Source: Bacillota bacterium (GTDB lineage Bacteria > Bacillota > Sulfobacillia > RBS10-35 > Bu92). Taken from it: DNA of 64,000 nt. Location: the NCBI GenBank assembly GCA_014896375.1, contig JADBKN010000009.1, forward strand, positions 10,397-74,396, read 5' to 3'. Positions 58,200 to 64,000 of the stretch are shown in pieces; positions within the stretch are counted from its first letter, which is position 1, and the number at the start of each line of letters is the position of its first letter. The notes under the pieces are model-generated. The model ran no database searches. It was not told the origin of the DNA and saw nothing but the letters and a program-made list of their open reading frames with translations. Position numbers and translations under genes: made by a program.

Positions 58200-59182
58200 T
58201 GCAGCCGGAGTGGATGGCCCCCTGGCTCTGGACGCTCATCCTCGCGGTCGTGAAGACGATCGTCGTCATCGCGTTCGTCTCCCTCAACGCCGCCGTCCTC
58301 ATCTGGCTTGAACGCAAGGTCTCCGGGCACATGCAGAACCGCGTGGGGCCGCTGCGCGTGGGCGGTCCGGCCGGCATTCTGCAATCCGTCGCGGACATCA
58401 TCAAGCTGCTCGCCAAAGAGGACTTCGTGCCGCAGCGCGGCGACCGCTGGATCTGGTGGCTGGCGCCGTCCGTGGCCTTCGCGCCGGCGTTTCTCGTGTT
58501 CTGGGTGCTGCCCTTCGGGCCGCATCTCGTGGTGGAGGACTTCAACGTCGGCCTCATCTTCATCACGGCCGTGACATCTTTCACGCTGCTCTCGATCTTC
58601 ATGGCCGGCTGGGGCTCGAACGACAAATACTCCTTGATCGGCGCGATGCGCGCCGGCGCGCAGCTCTTCAGCTACGAGATCCCGATGGCCATGGCGCTTG
58701 TGGCCGTGGCGCTGGCCACAGGCACGCTGAACCTCACGGCGATCGTGGAGAAGCAGCGGCACATGTGGCTCATCGTGCCGCAGATCCTGGCCTTCCTGGT
58801 CTTCTACATCAGCTCCGTGGCGGAGCTCAACCGCACGCCCTTCGACCTCGCGGAGGCGGAGTCGGAGCTCGTCGCCGGCTACCACACGGAGTACTCCGGC
58901 ATCCGCTGGTCGATGTTCTTCTTTGCCGAGTACACGAACCTTTTGACGAGCTCGGCCCTCGCCGCCATCCTCTTCCTCGGCGGCTGGCACGGGCCGTGGC
59001 TGCCGGGCTGGGCGTGGCTGCTCATCAAGACGTACCTTCTGGTCTTTGTGGGCATGTGGATCCGCTGGACGCTGCCGCGCGTGCGCATCGACCAGCTCAT
59101 GGACCTCGGCTGGAAGTTCCTCCTGCCGGTCTCGCTCGTCAACATCGCGGCCACGGGCCTGTATCTCGTCGTGGTGAGGTGA
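58199..59182 (+). CDS. nuoH: NADH-quinone oxidoreductase subunit H
   Basis: LERKVSGHMQNRVGP...AEYTN. TGATG overlap with nuoD. GGGGGAGG RBS. The listed 57917 start is a run-on. Confidence 0.9.
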   Translation: MQPEWMAPWLWTLILAVVKTIVVIAFVSLNAAVLIWLERKVSGHMQNRVGPLRVGGPAGILQSVADIIKLLAKEDFVPQRGDRWIWWLAPSVAFAPAFLVFWVLPFGPHLVVEDFNVGLIFITAVTSFTLLSIFMAGWGSNDKYSLIGAMRAGAQLFSYEIPMAMALVAVALATGTLNLTAIVEKQRHMWLIVPQILAFLVFYISSVAELNRTPFDLAEAESELVAGYHTEYSGIRWSMFFFAEYTNLLTSSALAAILFLGGWHGPWLPGWAWLLIKTYLLVFVGMWIRWTLPRVRIDQLMDLGWKFLLPVSLVNIAATGLYLVVVR

Positions 59183-59189
59183 CGTCACA

Positions 59190-59669
59190 ATGAGTCTCGT
59201 CCAGCAGCTGGCGCGCACGGCGGCGACGATGGCCAAGGGCCACCTGGTGACGCTGCGGGAGCTCTTCCGCAAGCCGATGACGATCCACTACCCGGATGAG
59301 CCGGTGCCGCATCCCGTGGGCTTCCGCAGCATCCCCGTGCTCAAGGTGAACGAGGAGTCAGGGAAGCTCAACTGCACGGCCTGCGGCCTCTGCGCGCGCT
59401 CCTGCCCGCCGGCCATCATCTTCGTCGAGTCGTTCATCGGCGAGGACGGCCGGCGCAAGCAGTGGCCGGCGAAGTTCGACTTGGACCTTTCCCGCTGCAT
59501 GGTGTGCAACCTCTGCGTGGAGGCCTGCCCCTTCGACGCCCTGGAGATGTCGGAGGACGCCGAACTGTCCGCGTACACCATCGAGGACCTCTACTTCACC
59601 ATGGACGAGCTGGCGGCGCTCTGGAAGACGTCGCGCTCCGTGCGCATCGCCGGGGGGCAGAAGGTATGA
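59190..59669 (+). CDS. nuoI: NADH-quinone oxidoreductase subunit I (2x[4Fe-4S])
   Basis: CTACGLCARSCP and CMVCNLCVEACP. Confidence 0.9.
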   Translation: MSLVQQLARTAATMAKGHLVTLRELFRKPMTIHYPDEPVPHPVGFRSIPVLKVNEESGKLNCTACGLCARSCPPAIIFVESFIGEDGRRKQWPAKFDLDLSRCMVCNLCVEACPFDALEMSEDAELSAYTIEDLYFTMDELAALWKTSRSVRIAGGQKV

Positions 59670-60331
59670 GCGGCGCCTGGCTGGCCTTCGCGGCGCTCAC
59701 CGGCATGGTGCTCTACTCCGGCTACAAGGTCGTCACCTCGCCGCTCATCACGCACGCCGCCCTCTACCTGGCGACGGCGCTCGTCGGCGTGGCCGGGTTC
59801 TTTCTCATGCTGGAGTCGGAATTTCTCGCCGTCGTGCAGGTCCTCGTGTACGTGGGAGCCGTCATGACGGTCATCATCTTCGCCATCATGCTCTCGGACG
59901 TGCCGGCGCTGCAGGGGGACCCGCAGGCGACCCTCGTCTCGCGGCTGCTCTCCCGGCGCTTCGGCTCCGTCCCGGCGCTCGTGAGCGCCGGGGTGCTGGC
60001 GCTCGTGCTCATCGGCTACGGCTCCGTGCGCTGGGCGGCCGCGCCCCTCGGCGGGGCGCCGGAGGCGGTGCACCCGCTCCTGCACGACACGACCGCGCAG
60101 GGCAGCACCGGCGTCATCGGCCGGGCGCTCTTCACCACGTACCTCGTGCCCTTTGAAGTGGCGTCGCTGCTCCTCCTCGCGGCGATGGTCGGCGCCATCG
60201 TGCTGACGAGGCGGGAGCGCGGCGCGGCCGAAAAGGCCGCGGCCGGGAAGGCCGGGGCGGGCGCGGCGGCGGCGGCGCCCGCCGTGGAAGGCGCCGCGGA
60301 GGAGAGGGGAGGCGCGCAGTTTTGGCCGTGA
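59666..60331 (+). CDS. nuoJ: NADH-quinone oxidoreductase subunit J
   Basis: ATGA overlap with nuoI. LVYVGAVMTVIIFAIML. Confidence 0.85.
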   Translation: MSGAWLAFAALTGMVLYSGYKVVTSPLITHAALYLATALVGVAGFFLMLESEFLAVVQVLVYVGAVMTVIIFAIMLSDVPALQGDPQATLVSRLLSRRFGSVPALVSAGVLALVLIGYGSVRWAAAPLGGAPEAVHPLLHDTTAQGSTGVIGRALFTTYLVPFEVASLLLLAAMVGAIVLTRRERGAAEKAAAGKAGAGAAAAAPAVEGAAEERGGAQFWP

Positions 60332-60636
60332 TTCCCGTGCAGGCGTTCCTCATCGTGGCGGCGGCGCTCTTCGCCCTCGGGCTCTTCGGCGCCTTGCGCC
60401 GCACGAACGCCATCATGGTGCTGATGGGCATCGAGCTCATGTTGAACGCCGTCAACCTCAACCTGGTCGCCTTCGCGCGTTACCTGCAGGGCGCCCTCGT
60501 GGGCGGCCAGGTGTTCGCCGTGTTCGTCATCACGGTGGCGGCGGCGGAGGCGGCGATCGGGCTGGCGATCGTCCTGCTCCTCGCGCGCCGGCGGCGGACG
60601 ATCGAAGTTCCGGAGATCCACGACCTGAAAGGCTGA
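60322..60636 (+). CDS. nuoK: NADH-quinone oxidoreductase subunit K
   Basis: Three-TM protein, GIELMLNAVNLNLVAF. Confidence 0.9.
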   Translation: MAVIPVQAFLIVAAALFALGLFGALRRTNAIMVLMGIELMLNAVNLNLVAFARYLQGALVGGQVFAVFVITVAAAEAAIGLAIVLLLARRRRTIEVPEIHDLKG

Positions 60637-60641
60637 TCGAC

Positions 60642-62489
60642 GTGGTCGAGCACGCTTGGCTGATCCCGCTCCTGCCCCTTCTCGCCTACGCGGCCCAGGT
60701 CTTCTTCGGGCGCGCGCTGGGCGCGTACACCGCGTGGGTGGGTGTCGTCCTCTTGGCGGCGGGCGCCGCGCTGAGCCTCGGGGTGCTGGCGCAGGTCCTC
60801 GGGGGCGCGGCGGCGGCCGCATCCTTCCCGTGGCTGAAGATCGGGGACCTGACCTTCGCCATGGGCTTCCGCGTGGGCCCGCTGGAGGCGGCCATGCTGG
60901 CCATGGTCACCGTCGTCAGCCTCATGGTGGAGATCTACTCCATCGGCTACCTCCACGGGGACGCGAAGTACAACCGCTTCTTCGCGAACGTCAACCTCTT
61001 CGTGGCCAGCATGCTGGGCGTGGTCCTGGCGGACAACTTCCTCCTCTTCTTCGCCTGCTGGGAGATCATGGGCCTCTGCTCCTACCTCCTCATCGGGCAC
61101 TGGTACGAGGACCTGGACAACGCGCGCGCGGCGACGAAGTCGTTCCTCGTCACGCGCCTGGGCGACATCGGCCTCCTCATCGGCATCTTTGTGACCTTCT
61201 GGCACGCGCACAGCCTCAACTTCGCCGACATCAACCAGTCGGCCGCCTCGTGGGGGGCGGGCGCGGCCACGCTGGCGGCGCTGCTCATCTTTACGGGGGC
61301 GGTGGGCAAGTCGGCGCAGGTGCCGCTGCACGTCTGGCTCCCCGACGCGATGGCCGGCCCCACGCCCGTGAGCGCCCTCATCCACGCGGCCACCATGGTG
61401 GCGGCGGGCGTGTTCCTCGTCGCGCGCACCTACCCGGTGTTTGAGGCTTCGGGGACGGCGTTGCAGGTCGTGGCCTGGGTGGGTGGGCTCACGGCGCTCC
61501 TCGCCGCCACCATGGCCACGGTGCAGGTCGACATCAAGAAGATGCTCGCCTACTCGACGATGTCGCAGCTCGGCTACATGATGCTCGGGCTCGGCGTCTT
61601 CGGGTACGCGGCCGCGCTCTTCCACCTGCTCTCGCACGCGTTCTTCAAGGCGCTGCTCTTCCTCGGCTCCGGCAGCGTCATCCATGCGGCGGGCGGCGAG
61701 CAGAACATGCACAGGATGGGCGGGCTCCGGCGGAAGCTGCCGTGGACGACGGTCACGTTCGTCATCGGCGGCCTGGCGCTCGCCGGCATCCCGCCGCTCT
61801 CGGGCTACTTCTCGAAGGACGAGGTGCTGCTCGCGGCCTTCCGTGCGAATCCAGCGCTCTTCTGGATCGGCGTCGCCACCGCCGGCCTCACGGCCTACTA
61901 CGTGATGCGCGGCATCTGGCTCACCTTCTTCGGCGAGCCGCGCGATGCGCACCTCTACGCGCACGCGCACGAGTCGCCGGCCGTGATGGTGGGGCCGCTT
62001 CTCGTGCTGGCCGTGCCGGCCGTGTTCTTCGGGTGGCTCGGCTCGCCGCAGCTCGGCCATGCGCTACAGCACTTCATCGCCTTGCCCGGCGAGGCCGAGC
62101 CGGCCGCCGACCGCTTCGCGGCCGCGGCCACGATCGCCATGGCCTTCGCCGGCCTGGCGCTGGGGCTGGCGATCTACGCGGGCGGCCGGCCGGCCCTGCG
62201 CCGCGACCTGATCCGCGCCCTGCGGCCGCTCTACGTGCTCTTTAAGCAGAAGTGGTATTTCGACCACCTGGCCCTCGGCCTCACCGGGCTGGGGCTCGGC
62301 CTCGCGCAGGTCGTGGGGGCGCTCGACCGCTATGTGGTGGACGGCGTCGTCAACGGCCTGGCCTGGCTGACGGGCGCCGTGGGGCAGCTCGTGCGGCGCG
62401 CGGCCGTGGGCGACGCCCAAGCGTACATGCTCACGATGGCCGGCGCGGTGCTCGTCGGGCTGGCCGTGTACCTAGGGATGGGAGGCTAA
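60642..62489 (+). CDS. nuoL: NADH-quinone oxidoreductase subunit L
   Basis: Antiporter-like subunit with a C-terminal extension typical of NuoL. Confidence 0.9.
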   Translation: MVEHAWLIPLLPLLAYAAQVFFGRALGAYTAWVGVVLLAAGAALSLGVLAQVLGGAAAAASFPWLKIGDLTFAMGFRVGPLEAAMLAMVTVVSLMVEIYSIGYLHGDAKYNRFFANVNLFVASMLGVVLADNFLLFFACWEIMGLCSYLLIGHWYEDLDNARAATKSFLVTRLGDIGLLIGIFVTFWHAHSLNFADINQSAASWGAGAATLAALLIFTGAVGKSAQVPLHVWLPDAMAGPTPVSALIHAATMVAAGVFLVARTYPVFEASGTALQVVAWVGGLTALLAATMATVQVDIKKMLAYSTMSQLGYMMLGLGVFGYAAALFHLLSHAFFKALLFLGSGSVIHAAGGEQNMHRMGGLRRKLPWTTVTFVIGGLALAGIPPLSGYFSKDEVLLAAFRANPALFWIGVATAGLTAYYVMRGIWLTFFGEPRDAHLYAHAHESPAVMVGPLLVLAVPAVFFGWLGSPQLGHALQHFIALPGEAEPAADRFAAAATIAMAFAGLALGLAIYAGGRPALRRDLIRALRPLYVLFKQKWYFDHLALGLTGLGLGLAQVVGALDRYVVDGVVNGLAWLTGAVGQLVRRAAVGDAQAYMLTMAGAVLVGLAVYLGMGG

Positions 62490-62492
62490 GCC

Positions 62493-63965
62493 GTGGAGGC
62501 ACCGATTCTCAGCATCGCCGTCTTCGCCCCGCTCGCCGGCGCGCTTCTCCTGCTCCTCGTCCGCGCCGACGACCGGCGCACGCTGCGCGCCGTGGCCACT
62601 GCCTTCATGGCCGTGCCGGTCGTGGCCGTCGCCTGGGGGGCGGCCCAATTCCGCTTCGGAGACCCCGGCCTGCAGCTCGTGGAGCGGGCCACCTGGATGC
62701 CCGGCATCGGCGTCTCGTACTTCCTCGGCGCCGACGGCATCAGCCTCGCGATGCTGGCCCTTTCGGCCGTCGTGGGGCTCGTGGCCACCATCGCGAGCTA
62801 CGGCATCGACACGCGTGTGAAGGAGTACTTCGTCCTGCTGCTCCTTCTGCAGACGGGCGTCCTGGGCGTGTTCGCGGCCGAGGATCTCATCCTCTTCTAC
62901 CTCTTCTGGGAGCTCGTCCTCATCCCGATGTACTTCATCATCGGGATCTGGGGGCACGGGCGGAAGGAATACTCGGCCATCAAGTTCATCCTTTACACGA
63001 TGGTGGCGAGCCTCCTGATGCTCGTCGGCATCCTCGCGCTCTACTTCCTCACGGGCGCGAAGACCTTCGCCATCCCGGAGCTCGTGGGGCTCGGCCGCAC
63101 GCTGGCGGCGGGCCTGCAGTGGTGGCTGTTCCTCGCCTTCTTCATCGGTTTCGCCGTCAAGGTACCGGTCTGGCCGTTCCACACCTGGCTGCCGGATGCG
63201 CACGTGGACGCGCCCACGCCCGGCAGCGTCATGCTGGCGGCGGTGCTGTTGAAGCTCGGGGCCTACGGCCTCCTGCGCATCCCGCTGCCGGCCTTCCCGC
63301 AAGCGGCGCACGCCTTCGCGGGGACGCTGGCGCTGCTCGGCGTGATCAACATCATCTACGGCGCCTTGGCGGCGCTCTCGCAGCGCGACCTGAAAAAGCT
63401 CGTGGCGTACTCCAGCGTGAACCACATGGGCTTCGTGCTCATCGGGCTCGCAGCGGCCACCCCAGCCGCCGTGGACGGGGCCGTGTTTCAGATGGTCTCG
63501 CACGGCCTCATCTCCGCCATGCTCTTCCTCATGGTGGGCGTCTTCTACGACCGCTTCCACACGCGGGACATGGAGCGCTTCAGCGGCATGTACACCGTGA
63601 TGCCGCTCGCGGCCACGTTCATGGCCTTCGCCGCCTTCGCGAACCTGGGCCTGCCGTTCCTCTCCGGGTTCATCGCGGAGTTCTACACGCTCATCGGCTC
63701 CTGGACGGTGTTCCCGCAGTACGTGACGGCCGCCGCGCTGGGGCTCTTGCTCACGGCCGGCTTCAACCTCTGGATGATGCAGCGCGTCCTCATGGGCCCG
63801 GTGCGCGCGGAGCAGCGCGGCACGCCGGAAATGCACGCGCGGGAGATCGTGACGCTCGTGCCGCTCGCGGCCTTCGTGCTGCTCTTGGGCGTCGCGCCCG
63901 GCCTCCTCACGGCCTGGCTCAACGCGCCCGTGCAGGCGCTGGTGCAGCGGATGGGGGGCATGTAG
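62493..63965 (+). CDS. nuoM: NADH-quinone oxidoreductase subunit M
   Basis: Antiporter-like subunit (WLPDAHVDAPTPGS). Confidence 0.9.
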   Translation: MEAPILSIAVFAPLAGALLLLLVRADDRRTLRAVATAFMAVPVVAVAWGAAQFRFGDPGLQLVERATWMPGIGVSYFLGADGISLAMLALSAVVGLVATIASYGIDTRVKEYFVLLLLLQTGVLGVFAAEDLILFYLFWELVLIPMYFIIGIWGHGRKEYSAIKFILYTMVASLLMLVGILALYFLTGAKTFAIPELVGLGRTLAAGLQWWLFLAFFIGFAVKVPVWPFHTWLPDAHVDAPTPGSVMLAAVLLKLGAYGLLRIPLPAFPQAAHAFAGTLALLGVINIIYGALAALSQRDLKKLVAYSSVNHMGFVLIGLAAATPAAVDGAVFQMVSHGLISAMLFLMVGVFYDRFHTRDMERFSGMYTVMPLAATFMAFAAFANLGLPFLSGFIAEFYTLIGSWTVFPQYVTAAALGLLLTAGFNLWMMQRVLMGPVRAEQRGTPEMHAREIVTLVPLAAFVLLLGVAPGLLTAWLNAPVQALVQRMGGM

Positions 63966-63968
63966 GCG

Positions 63969-64000
63969 ATGTACGATTTCACCGGCATCCTGCCGGAGCT
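63969..64000 (+). CDS. nuoN: NADH-quinone oxidoreductase subunit N, 5' fragment; continues beyond the window
   Basis: ATG 63969 (MYDFTGILPEL...) directly after nuoM. Assigned by operon position only. Confidence 0.55.
   Translation, partial: MYDFTGILPE

Overview
This 64 kb window is very GC-rich (about 70%), mostly plus-strand and densely coding. It looks like core chromosome of a high-GC endospore-forming Firmicute: the gene order is Bacillus-like (dnaJ-prmA ... rpsU-yqfC-yqfD-phoH-pgpH(yqfF)-ybeY-dgkA-era) and the sequence is compatible with something like Symbiobacterium, though that is inference. I did not recognise any rRNA, tRNA, CRISPR array, transposase or integrase. The high GC produces many long spurious ORFs, both antisense and in alternative frames (for example 556..3387-, 13021..16740+, 36994..40065-), which I rejected.

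Recognisable content, in order:
- 1-12414: dnaJ (5' partial), prmA, ddl, a HIT-family protein, rpsU, the sporulation genes yqfC/yqfD, phoH, the 7TM-HD phosphodiesterase PgpH/YqfF, ybeY, dgkA, a DUF502-like membrane protein where cdd would be expected, era and guaB.
- 12437-15474 (minus): paaI thioesterase, paaK-family CoA ligase and a membrane-anchored GH18 hydrolase.
- 15562-19563: thiolase, hbd, moeA, moaC.
- 19676-21856: a sigma-A-type promoter, a perfect CIRCE operator, groES-groEL and an intrinsic terminator.
- 22034-27971: oppABCDF with a strong hairpin between oppA and oppB.
- 28145-31764: a heterodimeric ABC exporter pair.
- 31770-34416: two tandem, translationally coupled hpt paralogs followed by guaA.
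- 34487-35050: a secreted/lipoprotein with a Gly-rich tail, then a terminator.
- 35246-37891: a 30-aa membrane-peptide ORF, then a large orphan sensor protein with the architecture multi-TM / degenerate HD-GYP (HD changed to CD) / GAF / HisKA / HATPase.
- 37900-50455: pcrA (with a Gly/Ala-rich repeat insertion), ligA, gatCAB, rlmD, a Nudix hydrolase, mutY, a hypothetical protein and queG.
- 50431-55058: a divergent cluster with an SLH+3D cell-wall protein, a YjjX-like ITPase coupled to a hypothetical, DedA, a 47-aa signal-peptide-bearing peptide ORF and a TPR+HD-GYP protein.
- 55315-64000: a sigma-A promoter and an 11-gene nuoABCDHIJKLMN operon that lacks nuoEFG.

The most interesting candidates for undescribed biology are the HD-GYP-like/GAF/histidine-kinase fusion with its upstream micro-ORF, and the HD-GYP / secreted-peptide / DedA unit.
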